Assembly (NCBI GenBank): GCA_034933245.1
Contig: JAYFNX010000004.1
Span: 9,684 to 73,683 of the forward strand
Direction: 5' to 3'
From: Candidatus Pelethousia sp.
GTDB taxonomy: Bacteria; Bacillota; Clostridia; Christensenellales; CAG-138
Length of the DNA: 64,000 nucleotides
Shown here piece after piece: positions 38,770 through 48,303 of this stretch. Within the stretch, counting starts at the first letter, position 1, and the number at the start of each line of letters is the position of its first letter. The translations under genes and the position numbers were made by a program. The notes under the pieces were generated by a model. It was not told where the DNA came from. It worked only from the letters and a program-made list of their open reading frames with translations, and made no database searches.

Positions 38770-40055
38770 TGGTAACCGTTCTTGGTTCAATCAACTATGG
38801 GCTCGTTTTAATATATGGCGTATTGCTTTCGGTGGATTTTGCGGGCGGGTGCGCCTCAAAAAAAGAACGCTATGCGGTGGCGCTGCTAAGTTTCATTATT
38901 TTTGCGGCCCAGATGCTAAGCTACACCCTTTGGGGCCTTGCGAATACAAAGAAGCTCTATCCGTTGATTTCCCACTTCCCTCTTTTTCTCATGCTGACTT
39001 TCGCCCTAAAGAAACCGTGGGGTGTGGCCCTTGCCAGCGTCCTGACGGCATACTTCTGCTGCCAGTTGCCTCGCTGGATCGGCGCGCTCTCACTCTGCCT
39101 ATTCGGCACGCAGTTGGCCTACCAGGCAGGCTATCTGCTTTCCATCGTTCCCTTGTATATCTTTTTGCAACGATATTTTACAATAGCTGCCCATCGGGCA
39201 ATGACCTACTCCAAAAGATCGCTGCTCCTGTTTGGCGGGCTTCCTTTGTTTTATTATATATTTGATTATGCCACCACCGTTTATACCAAGGCATTATACG
39301 CGGGCGTCAGAATGGTAAACGAATTTCTGCCCACGGCCATGGCCCTCTTCTTTGTGGCGTTTGTGGCTGTTTACCATGCGGAAGTACAGCGGCGCACGCA
39401 ATTGGAAATGGATAATGCCATGCTTGCCGGGCAATCGAGGCGGGCGAAAAACGAAATGCTAGCCTTGCAGCAGGTGCAGCAGCAAAACGCAATCTACCGG
39501 CACGATATGCGGCACCACCTAGCCCTTCTCAGCGGGTATCTGGAAGCAGGCGAGATTCGTAAGGCGAGTGAATACATCCGGCAGACACAAGCGGATATTG
39601 ACAAGCTCGTTCCGGCGCGATACTGCGAGAACGATACCGTCAATTTAATCCTGTCTTCCTTTGCAAAAAAAGCAAAGCAGCAGGGTGTGACGCTAAGCGC
39701 ACAAGCCAATATTCCGGCGGTTCTTCCGCTTTCGGATACGGAACTGTGCGCATTGCTCTCCAATGGTTTGGAAAATGCCGTGTTCGCCGCTTCGCAAATG
39801 CATGGAGACTTCGAGAAGACGGTGCGCTTCAACTGCCAGCCCCATAAGGACAAGCTGCTCATTTACATCAGCAATCCGTATCCGGGCATCGTTTCCATGC
39901 GGGATGGATTGCCGGAAAATACCCAACCTAAGCATGGCTTCGGCGCAAAAAGCATCGGCATGATTGTCGAAAATCACAAGGGGTACTGCTTATTCGAGGC
40001 GCAGGATGGATTGTTTATGTTAAAGGTCGTACTTCCCCTTCGTGAAAAGGAATAG
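38769..40055 (+). CDS. GHKL sensor histidine kinase (AgrC/VirS-like)
   Basis: Multi-TM N-terminus. RHDMRHH, LSNGLENA and HGFG motifs. TGATG overlap with the regulator. Confidence 0.9.
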   Translation: MVTVLGSINYGLVLIYGVLLSVDFAGGCASKKERYAVALLSFIIFAAQMLSYTLWGLANTKKLYPLISHFPLFLMLTFALKKPWGVALASVLTAYFCCQLPRWIGALSLCLFGTQLAYQAGYLLSIVPLYIFLQRYFTIAAHRAMTYSKRSLLLFGGLPLFYYIFDYATTVYTKALYAGVRMVNEFLPTAMALFFVAFVAVYHAEVQRRTQLEMDNAMLAGQSRRAKNEMLALQQVQQQNAIYRHDMRHHLALLSGYLEAGEIRKASEYIRQTQADIDKLVPARYCENDTVNLILSSFAKKAKQQGVTLSAQANIPAVLPLSDTELCALLSNGLENAVFAASQMHGDFEKTVRFNCQPHKDKLLIYISNPYPGIVSMRDGLPENTQPKHGFGAKSIGMIVENHKGYCLFEAQDGLFMLKVVLPLREKE

Positions 40056-40280
40056 CAGAGAACAAAATAAGATCAAACGTGATAAAAAATGGCCATGCTT
40101 GCCATGAAGCACATCTCTTGTTTTCACATGCAACGCATAATAAAAAATGGGAGTATTTGTTTTTCATACCCATCTAGCGGTTTTTAAATATTCCAGAATT
40201 AATCAAATGAAATAATAGCTTCCGCTTTCTAAAATGATATATATTTCTTTAATAATTGCCTGCCTTTATGTTATAAACAT

Positions 40281-40294
40281 GTCGCGAACGCGAC
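40281..40294. promoter_or_regulatory. Palindrome in promoter of dual-HTH regulator
   Basis: GTCGCG-AA-CGCGAC directly before a TATAAT hexamer. Confidence 0.5.
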
Positions 40295-40336
40295 TATAAT
40301 AAAGATAGTATTATATTGCCAAAGGGGGGGCTGCAA

Positions 40337-41515
40337 ATGCGCTATATGACCACCGCAGAAGCCGCCGAAGCGTGGGGCGTTTCAATCCGTCAGGCGCAGC
40401 GGCTTCTGGCCGAGAACCGGATACCCGGCGCGCAAAAACACGGCAAGGCATGGATGGTCCCATATGATACGGAAAAGCCCGCCGATCCGCGCCGAAAGAA
40501 AAGGCCGACGCAAAGCAGGCTATCCTCGGATCTTGCGCGTGTGGTCGCGGCTACCACAAAGCCCGCGCCCAGCCGTAACCCAGATGCGATCCTGGAGACG
40601 GTGGGGGAGGACCGGTTTCGGCTCGCCTATGAAGCGGAGATTGCCTATTTACGGGGCGATTTTGCGCAAACGATGGCTTGCTTTCATAAGACGGGGCGGG
40701 ACGACGCGCTGCGTCTTCGGGTCTGTCCGTCGGCTATCGTGGCGGCTATCAGCATGGGCGATTACCGTTCCTACACCGAGATCGACGCTTATCTGAAACG
40801 CTGCATAAAGGCCAACAAAGGTAGCGATGCGGCCGCCGTTGCGGAGCTTGCGCTTGCCACTGCCGCTGTGAGCTGCTTTGCCCCCCATATGGCCCCCGGC
40901 TGGTTGGCGATGGGAGATTTGAGCGCCCTCCCACCCCCCATGAGGCTCAACGCCCTCTATCTGCGGGTCAAATACCTGCATTGTACGCACCGGATTGAGG
41001 CCATGCTTGCCGTGGCGCAAACTGCGCTGTCCCTTTGCGGGTCGGAGCAGCGTATCACGCCTTATGATATTTATCTGCGGCTGATGTGTGCCGTCGCCTG
41101 GCATGTGTTGGAACGGGAGGATGAAGCCAAAAGCTGGCTGCTTTCTGCTATGCGCATCGGCCTGCCCTACGGTTTCATCACGCCTTTTTCTGAGATCGTG
41201 ACCGCGTTTGGGGGCCTGATGGAACAGTGTTTGAAGCAGGCTTTTCCGGATTACTACAATGCCGTTCTCGAACAATGGGAGAATACATGGGGAAATTGGA
41301 TATCCTTTCATAACCAATTTACAAAAGACAATATCACGCGCATCCTTTCCCTGCGGGAATACCATATTGCCCTCCTGGTGGCACGGCACTTCTCATACGC
41401 AAAAATCGCAAAGAAGAATTCCATTTCGGTGGGCAGGCTCAAAAACATTATGTTGGACGTGTATAGCAAACTGTTCATATCCGGCCGAGACGAGCTGGCC
41501 AATTACATATTATGA
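40337..41515 (+). CDS. Transcriptional regulator with N-terminal excisionase/MerR-like HTH and C-terminal LuxR/MalT-like HTH
   Basis: YMTTAEAAEAWGVSIRQAQRLLAENRIPGA...WMVP at the N-terminus; ITPFSE and LSLREYHIA...YAKIA...VYSKLFISGRDEL at the C-terminus. Confidence 0.8.
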   Translation: MRYMTTAEAAEAWGVSIRQAQRLLAENRIPGAQKHGKAWMVPYDTEKPADPRRKKRPTQSRLSSDLARVVAATTKPAPSRNPDAILETVGEDRFRLAYEAEIAYLRGDFAQTMACFHKTGRDDALRLRVCPSAIVAAISMGDYRSYTEIDAYLKRCIKANKGSDAAAVAELALATAAVSCFAPHMAPGWLAMGDLSALPPPMRLNALYLRVKYLHCTHRIEAMLAVAQTALSLCGSEQRITPYDIYLRLMCAVAWHVLEREDEAKSWLLSAMRIGLPYGFITPFSEIVTAFGGLMEQCLKQAFPDYYNAVLEQWENTWGNWISFHNQFTKDNITRILSLREYHIALLVARHFSYAKIAKKNSISVGRLKNIMLDVYSKLFISGRDELANYIL

Positions 41516-41571
41516 CAAAAAAAGCGTGACTTTTATAAGCTGAACGGTCACTAGAAAAATATAACATTTCA

Positions 41572-41610
41572 CCCTATGATAGGCATGGAAAGCTACCATA
41601 GGGTTTTTTT
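41572..41610 (+). terminator. Putative intrinsic terminator overlapping the next promoter
   Basis: CCCTATG.TAG...CTA.CATAGGG followed by T7. Confidence 0.6.
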
Positions 41611-41740
41611 ATGCCCTGGTGAAAAAACGCGAATGAATGCGGCTGGTCGATAGGAAACAACCCCCTTATTACCCCGGCGGCGTGCGTATGCGCGATGCGC
41701 TGCGGCGCGAAATTGAAAGAGGAAGGCAGGAGAACCAAAA

Positions 41741-44700
41741 TTGATAAGAAAACGATTTTCAAGCCTGTTACTGTGTGCGGCGATGGTGTTCGTGCTGCTG
41801 CCTGTTTCGATGCCGGCAGTAGCCCGCGCCGCAGGACCCAGCCTTAGCGGAACCGTTGACATGGGGAGCTTTGGTGTTGACGGCGGCGGTACAATTACAA
41901 TCCCAGCGGGGTCTATCGTCACATTGACCAACACCGGCGGCCGCTCCTATACGAACGTTCGAATCGTGTGCGAAACAGGCGTCGACCTAACGTTGAACAA
42001 TGTGGAAATCAACAACGTCGACTATGAATGTGCTTGCGCCCTTACTTTTAGCGGCACGGGGAACACGCTGTCGTTCTTGGGGGACAACAGGCTTAGAAGC
42101 GGAAATCAGCAACCCGGCGTGAAAGTGGAAACCGGCGCGGCGCTTACAATCCAAGAAGGCCCGAGCGGTTCTGGAACCAATACGCTTTCCGTTTGGGGCG
42201 GAAACGGCGGCGCGGGTATCGGCAGCGGCAACGGCAACGATTGCGGCCAAATCACCATTAAAAGCGGCCGGATCTATGCTGAGGGCGGCAAAAGCGGTGC
42301 GGGCATTGGCGGCGGAGACTATGAACCCGGCTATCATGGTGTCATCATAATTGACGGCGGCAATATAGAGGCGCGTGGCGGCGGCGCCGACGATGGCCAT
42401 GGCGGCGCGGGGATCGGCGGCGGAGGCGGCGGCGATGGCGGTTCCATTACCATAAACGGCGGTACGATTAATGCCATCGGAAGCGATGGCGCAAAATGGG
42501 CCGGCGCGGGCATCGGTGGCGGAGGATGCAAGAGCCTTACTGAGGGGGGCGGCCACGGCGGTATCATTACGATTAACGATGGCACAATCACAGCCCAAGG
42601 CGGTCGTTGCGATCAAAATGGAGGCGGCGCGGGCATCGGTGGCGGGCATTGTGGCAATGGCGGTAGCATTACAATTAACAATGGCACGATCATAGCCAAA
42701 GGAGGCCGTGGCGCCTTAAGGGGAGGCGGTGCGGGCATTGGCGGCGGATACGCGGATGAGAACGCCACCCAAAAGGGCATGGGCGGCAACATCATCATCA
42801 GAAGAGGAAACATTAAAGCCTATGGCGGCAGCAGCGACGATAACGGCGGCGGCGCGGGGATCGGCGGCGGGGCAGGCAACTATGGTGACTGTGGCGCTGG
42901 TGCCGCTATGGAGATTTACGGTGGCATCATTGAGGCTTATGGCGGTGGATCAATCAGCGGCGGCGGCGCGGGCATCGGCGGCGGCAATGGCGGCTACGGA
43001 GATCGGATTTTTATGACCAACGCTGTTATCAAGGCCGATGGCGGCGCCAAGGCTGCGGGAATAGGCGGCGGCGGTAACGGCCGAGGCCCACAAAACCCAA
43101 ACCATTTGCTGACTTATGCTTCAAAAATCGAAATCAACGGCGGCACGATCACGGCCAATGGAGGGAGCGGGGGCGCGGGCATCGGCGCCGGTTACTCCCA
43201 AACAGCCTCCGGTATATTTATCAAAGGCGGCAGCATTAACGCTGTGGGCGGGAGCGGCGCTTACCGTATCGGGCACGGTGCAGACAGCAACAGCACTTGG
43301 GACTGCATGCCCAGAAATTCTGCCGGTGAGGCGGTGTATCGTACCCAGGTGACACTTTTCGGCGTAAACGCAAAAAAACAGGTGAAACGGATAAAGTGCA
43401 GCATAGGATATAATACGGACAATACTTATACCGATGACAACGGGAAGATATATCTGTATTTGGCCCAGTTGGCTACGGCCACAAGCGTAACAACGCCCGA
43501 CGATTATTATATGGGAAACGCGGTCGCTTCAAATTCGGAAACCAGCTTTACCTTCTACACCTTAAAGCAAAACGCAAGCATCGTCCCAACCAGCATAACA
43601 TTTGATGCGAAGGACTTGGGCTACTGGGAACAGACAGAGCAGCCCTTTGCCATAACAAATTCTAATGACTTCCCCACTGACACGCTGAACGCAGTAATTC
43701 TAGGCACAGACTTCGAGATCGTTTCGGGGCTGAACTGTGCACTGGCGGCCAACGAGACGGCTACAGTGAAAGTACGGCCCAAAACGGGGCTTTCCGCAGG
43801 GACCCACACAGGTACACTGAGCATCCAAGCCACTGCCAGTACAGGTAGTTGGCTCACAGCCGCATTATCCTTCACGGTTAATGCTGTTGAACCCTCGGCT
43901 CCGCAGAACTTTTCCGTCACGCCTGGGAACGGAGAGGCGGCGCTTAGCTGGACCGCTCCCTTAAGCGATGGAGGTTCGGCAATTACCCGGTATGAGGTAT
44001 CCAAGGATGGTGGAACAAGCTGGGCAAATGCAAGCAGCAATACAGGCCATACCTTTACAGGGCTAACCAACGGCATGAGCCATACGTTTAACGTACGCGC
44101 GGTCAACAGCGCGGGGCCAGGCCCCGAAGCCACCGTTTCGTGCAGCCTGGTAGGCTCACCCACTGCGCCAACGATTAATTTCGCCATAGGCGGCGATGGA
44201 TTTGTAAATTTGACTTGGCAGGCTCCCAGCAACGATGGCGGTGCGGCAATCACCTATTATGAGGTCAAGGTAGGCGATTCCGCTTGGACGGATGTGGGCA
44301 ATGTTTTGACCTATACGGCTAGCGGTCTAACAAACGGCACGGAATACACGCTGCAGGTCAGGGCGGGTAACAGGTATGGCCCAGGCACGGCGGCAATCGC
44401 CACCGCCATCCCGCGTTCGAAAATAGGCCCCCCTTCCGCACCACAAAACTTCGCAGCCACGCCCGGCAATGGTCAGGTAGTGCTGAACTGGTTGGTTCCC
44501 CTGGATAACGGGGGCTCCTCTATCACGGGGTATCAGATCTCCCATGATAACGGCGCGAGCTGGGCGGATGTGGGCGACGTTTTGACCCATACCTACACCG
44601 GCCTAAACAACGGCACAGAATACACGTTTCAGGTTCGGGCAGTCAGTAGCGGGGTGGGGGAGGGTGCGGCAGCTACCGTGACGGCAACGCCGCAGGCGGT

Positions 44701-45745
44701 GGCAACCGATAAGACCCTTATCAGCATTCAACCTTTGGCTGCAATCACAGGCCTGGCGGGCGGCACGGCCAAAACGGCGGCCTCCCTGGGCTTGCCCAGC
44801 ATGGTGACGATGGAGACGAGCGGCGGGAACGTGGCCGCAAGCGTGGTATGGGACGTAAACGCAAGCAGTTACGACCCGCATAACAGCGCAGAGCAGACCT
44901 TTATGGTGGATGGCGATGTAACGTTGCCCAGCGGCGTGGTCAACCCCAACGGCGTGTCACTAAACGCCACCATCAGTGTGACGGTGATGGCGGGGTCGCA
45001 ACCAAACACCCATATCATCACGGCAACGGCGGACAGCAACGGCAGCATCAGCCCAAGCGGCGCGGTATCCGTCACCCGAGGCAACAGCCGCACGTTTACC
45101 ATCACGCCGGATCTTAATTACAGCATCGCCTCCGTTACTGTGGATGGCGTAAATCAGGGGGAAATATCCTCCTACACGTTTGTGAACGTAACCGCACCCC
45201 ATACGATTCGCGCATCCTTCCGCTACGTTAGGGACTCCTCCGATTCACCCCATATTTTTCGCACGCTAACAGATAGCGCTACGGGCATCACCGTTTCGGG
45301 CTATATCCACCCGGACGCAGCGCTGACGATCCATCATACGGTTCTTCACGCTGCGGAGAGATGCGTTGCCTGTGACGCCATCCGCTCGGCGCTATCGGAC
45401 CATGGTTTCATTACGCTGATGGATAGGGACATTTCACTTTCCCACGACTTTACCGGCCCTCTTACCATCACGATTCCCGTGGGGAACGCCTACGACAACC
45501 AGACAATAACCATTTTGCATTGCGCAAACGGTACGCTACATACTTATTCTGCCACGGTAAGAGATGGGGAAGCGACCTTTGTCGCTGCCAGTCTTTCACC
45601 CTTTGCAGCATTCGCAAGCGGAAGCCGGGCGGGCATTCCGAAGACAGGCGACAGCGGCGGGTTCCCGGCGTGGCTCGGCCTGATGGCATCGGGTATGCTG
45701 CTTGGGCCCCTGCTGCGGCGCAGACCGAAGAAACGCGCTCGATAA
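41741..45745 (+). CDS. Large cell-wall-anchored surface protein (Gly-rich repeats, 3x FN3, Ig-like, sortase signal)
   Basis: Signal peptide; about 10 GAGIGGG...GGxITINGGxIxAxGG repeats; three FN3 units (PSAP..W..P..GG..IT.Y..GLTNG..Y.F.VRA); C-terminal IPKTG, hydrophobic stretch and RRRPKKR tail. Confidence 0.88.
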   Translation: MIRKRFSSLLLCAAMVFVLLPVSMPAVARAAGPSLSGTVDMGSFGVDGGGTITIPAGSIVTLTNTGGRSYTNVRIVCETGVDLTLNNVEINNVDYECACALTFSGTGNTLSFLGDNRLRSGNQQPGVKVETGAALTIQEGPSGSGTNTLSVWGGNGGAGIGSGNGNDCGQITIKSGRIYAEGGKSGAGIGGGDYEPGYHGVIIIDGGNIEARGGGADDGHGGAGIGGGGGGDGGSITINGGTINAIGSDGAKWAGAGIGGGGCKSLTEGGGHGGIITINDGTITAQGGRCDQNGGGAGIGGGHCGNGGSITINNGTIIAKGGRGALRGGGAGIGGGYADENATQKGMGGNIIIRRGNIKAYGGSSDDNGGGAGIGGGAGNYGDCGAGAAMEIYGGIIEAYGGGSISGGGAGIGGGNGGYGDRIFMTNAVIKADGGAKAAGIGGGGNGRGPQNPNHLLTYASKIEINGGTITANGGSGGAGIGAGYSQTASGIFIKGGSINAVGGSGAYRIGHGADSNSTWDCMPRNSAGEAVYRTQVTLFGVNAKKQVKRIKCSIGYNTDNTYTDDNGKIYLYLAQLATATSVTTPDDYYMGNAVASNSETSFTFYTLKQNASIVPTSITFDAKDLGYWEQTEQPFAITNSNDFPTDTLNAVILGTDFEIVSGLNCALAANETATVKVRPKTGLSAGTHTGTLSIQATASTGSWLTAALSFTVNAVEPSAPQNFSVTPGNGEAALSWTAPLSDGGSAITRYEVSKDGGTSWANASSNTGHTFTGLTNGMSHTFNVRAVNSAGPGPEATVSCSLVGSPTAPTINFAIGGDGFVNLTWQAPSNDGGAAITYYEVKVGDSAWTDVGNVLTYTASGLTNGTEYTLQVRAGNRYGPGTAAIATAIPRSKIGPPSAPQNFAATPGNGQVVLNWLVPLDNGGSSITGYQISHDNGASWADVGDVLTHTYTGLNNGTEYTFQVRAVSSGVGEGAAATVTATPQAVATDKTLISIQPLAAITGLAGGTAKTAASLGLPSMVTMETSGGNVAASVVWDVNASSYDPHNSAEQTFMVDGDVTLPSGVVNPNGVSLNATISVTVMAGSQPNTHIITATADSNGSISPSGAVSVTRGNSRTFTITPDLNYSIASVTVDGVNQGEISSYTFVNVTAPHTIRASFRYVRDSSDSPHIFRTLTDSATGITVSGYIHPDAALTIHHTVLHAAERCVACDAIRSALSDHGFITLMDRDISLSHDFTGPLTITIPVGNAYDNQTITILHCANGTLHTYSATVRDGEATFVAASLSPFAAFASGSRAGIPKTGDSGGFPAWLGLMASGMLLGPLLRRRPKKRAR
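42190..43280 (+). repeat. Intragenic Gly-rich GAGIGGG repeat array
   Basis: Recurrent GGCGCGGG(C/G/T)AT(C/T)GGCGGCGG at roughly 95-130 bp spacing, all in frame. Confidence 0.85.
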
Positions 45746-45938
45746 AACGGGCATCCGTTTTGCTGGGCATCCCCAGGTATGCCCAGCGAACGCCTGCGCA
45801 CACTACCTTGCGCAAGCGTAAAACGACGCCATCCGAATTCCCTTCGTCCTTAATGACTGCCCAGCGTGGAAGGGCTATTGAACGGAGAAAGCCGGATTTT
45901 GAGAAGGCGCTTTGCATGATCGCAGGTTGTGCGCTGCC

Positions 45939-45971
45939 AAAAGGGCATTCCCAGAGGGAATGCCCTTTTGC
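45939..45971. terminator. Bidirectional terminator between convergent genes
   Basis: CAAAAGGGCATTCCC-AGA-GGGAATGCCCTTTTG. Confidence 0.8.
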
Positions 45972-46077
45972 ATGGCCTTTTTATTTAAGAAATTTGAACA
46001 AGCGGATCGGGAAGCAGAAGAATGATCGCGTTCCCGACAGCCTGCTGACAAGTGCAGGCCCCCAAAACGCCAAGCGC

Positions 46078-46797
46078 CTATCTTATCACAAAGTGGGTTG
46101 CGCTGTTTTCGTTGACGAGCCGCTTGATGTCTTCCTCGGTGCTGATCATATGGCGGCGTACGGCAATCTCCCCCGCTTCTCTGTCGCGGTTGCGCAAAGC
46201 GTCTAGTATCGCCTGATGGTCCGCGATATGGCGGTCCATGCTGGTATTCGCTTCGATTAGGAAATCTTTGTATTTTCCTATGGAATAGGCAAGGGAGTCC
46301 ACGAACTTTAAGAGCAAAACATTGCCCGACATCTCAGCTATACGGGTATGGAAGCTGGTGCCGGCCGTCGCCCATGGCTTCCCGGAAAGTACGGAAGCAC
46401 GCAGATCATCCATAGCCGTCTGCACAAGCTCGATCTCTTCGTCGGTCCCGCGGGAGATCGCCAGGTCCAAAGCCAGCAGCTCCATTGCCGTGCGGACCTC
46501 CATGATTTCAGAAATGGTAACATATGCTTCCATAACAAGAACGCCGTTCTTATTCATGATGAAATTCGCTATAGGCGCGCAGAGAAAAGTGCCTCTGCCG
46601 GGAATGGATTCGAGTGCTCCGTTAATGCTTAGCGCTTTGAGGGCTTCGCGCACACTGGTACGGCTTACCCTAAAGGATTCGGATAGAGCTTCCTCCGTGG
46701 GCAGCTTGTCACCGACCCGGAGGTTGTTATCCTGAATGTATTGAATGATGGAATTTACGACCTGTTCCGACAGGGAAATACGCCTGATGACGTCCAT
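46078..46797 (-). CDS. GntR/FadR-family regulator
   Basis: GDKLPTE...FRVSRTSVREAL...GRGTF HTH and FCD domain (FH..IA..SGN, H..I). Confidence 0.92.
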   Translation of the reverse strand: MDVIRRISLSEQVVNSIIQYIQDNNLRVGDKLPTEEALSESFRVSRTSVREALKALSINGALESIPGRGTFLCAPIANFIMNKNGVLVMEAYVTISEIMEVRTAMELLALDLAISRGTDEEIELVQTAMDDLRASVLSGKPWATAGTSFHTRIAEMSGNVLLLKFVDSLAYSIGKYKDFLIEANTSMDRHIADHQAILDALRNRDREAGEIAVRRHMISTEEDIKRLVNENSATHFVIR

Positions 46798-47049
46798 GAT
46801 TCTCCTCCAATATCTGACCAGATTGCCGTACGCGATAGAAAGAGAACGTAATCAGTACAAGCCAATTTCATAGAAAGCGGAATGTTGGATTTCGGTCAAC
46901 GTCCTGCGGCGTACCTGCGAAAGGATTGACAATGCATGTATGTAAGTAATGCATTGGGCTGATAAGATTATACTACAAAGTTACGTACATACCAACTACA
47001 GGATACCGGCAGGATTATGCATCCGGCGGGCACTTCGGTTGTAAAGGGA

Positions 47050-47334
47050 TTACCTGTCTTTTGGGGAAGAAGAAGCGCCGGTGGTTGGTGCACCGGCTTC
47101 GTGAAGGGTAGCTTCTTCATCACGCCGGCGCTGTTGTTCGGCCCGTGTAAGCTCCCAGGGTTTGAAAAAACGGTCTAGCAAAAACAGGAGTGCTCCCAAA
47201 GCACCTAAAACATAGACGGCCGGGGATATGGAACCGGCCCCTTGCCTGAGAAGCAGCCAAATCGGGATCAGGCATAGCATGGCCAGCGGCAGGAATGCTT
47301 TTTGCACGCGCCTGTTTAACAAAAATCGTTTCAT
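47050..47334 (-). CDS. Small 2-TM membrane protein
   Basis: AAGGAG RBS, two hydrophobic helices and a charged tail. Confidence 0.55.
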   Translation of the reverse strand: MKRFLLNRRVQKAFLPLAMLCLIPIWLLLRQGAGSISPAVYVLGALGALLFLLDRFFKPWELTRAEQQRRRDEEATLHEAGAPTTGASSSPKDR

Positions 47335-47566
47335 GATGAAAGCTCCTTGCCAGGATAATCGACGCCTTTAACTAAAATGCGCATAGATCGGATAATATTT
47401 TATTTCCTATGTAGGCATAAGTCAATGAAAAAATGCGCGGCAAACTTGCCCGCTGGCGCAGAAAGCCAGCTGAGGCGGCAAATTACGTTAAAAAAGAAAC
47501 AAACTAAAAAATTATAGGGTCAGCAAGGAAATTTAAACTTATAATGACTTTATTGTGATTTTATGG

Positions 47567-47595
47567 TTGACAAAGTACAAATATACGTTTATCAT
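47567..47595 (+). promoter_or_regulatory. SigmaA promoter of TRAP operon
   Basis: TTGACA-N17-TATCAT in an AT-rich intergenic region. Confidence 0.65.
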
Positions 47596-47769
47596 ACAAA
47601 TCAACAAATGAATAAATTGTGAATCCAAGTTCAAAAAATTCTAAAAAAACCATTTAAAAAAATAAGCGCCAATACCCAGCACTATTTAAATTGAATTTAT
47701 TTATGTGTGCCTATGTGTGCAATAGCACGGGGGCATTCAAAAATAGGAAGCAAGACAAGGAGGAGAGAA

Positions 47770-48303
47770 ATGGATTATTTGGGCAATATTCAGAACAAAA
47801 CGTTGAAAATAATCTATAAGGTTATTATCAGCGTTCAAAGGTTCGCAGCTATGCTTGTGGGCATCGCGGTTCCTCTGATTGTTGTATATCAGGTGCTGCT
47901 GCGCTATGTTTTCAAGTCTCCGCTGATGGGCATCGAAGAGTTGCTGATATTCTTTATCATCTGGCTGTACATGTTGGGCGGGTCTGTCGCTTCTGAGCAG
48001 CGTAATCACATCGAGTGCGGAATTCTAACGCTCTATATAAAAAAAGACAGCCATATGAAGCTGTTCCGATGCTTCAAAAGCGTGTTCTCCATGGCGGTGT
48101 GCGCTTGGTTATTGTATTGGGGTTACTGGTATTTTTCCTATTCTTTAAAAATGTGGAAGATCAGCGATATTCTCCATATTCCAATGTTCTTTGGCGAAAG
48201 TGCCATATTCATTGGTTTCCTGCTGATGTTCTTCTTCGGAATGCTGGAGCTGATCGACAACTTTGTTGCTTATGCTAAATGCAGAGAGGAGAAAGCCGAA
48301 TGA
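47770..48303 (+). CDS. TRAP transporter small permease (DctQ)
   Basis: QVLLRYVF...EEL...HI pattern, 4 TM. GGAGGAG RBS. Confidence 0.9.
   Translation: MDYLGNIQNKTLKIIYKVIISVQRFAAMLVGIAVPLIVVYQVLLRYVFKSPLMGIEELLIFFIIWLYMLGGSVASEQRNHIECGILTLYIKKDSHMKLFRCFKSVFSMAVCAWLLYWGYWYFSYSLKMWKISDILHIPMFFGESAIFIGFLLMFFFGMLELIDNFVAYAKCREEKAE

Noticed and set aside
41520..41740. c-di-GMP riboswitch ahead of the surface protein
   Set aside because: No GEMM consensus (GGCAAAC...GAAA...GACGCAAAGC) found. The hairpin is explained as a terminator.
42190..43280. CRISPR-like or DGR-like repeat array
   Set aside because: The repeats are degenerate at synonymous positions, in frame and irregularly spaced. No cas or reverse transcriptase gene is in the window.
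45520..46206. 228-aa plus-strand ORF
   Set aside because: Overlaps two real genes and spans a terminator; composition is not protein-like.
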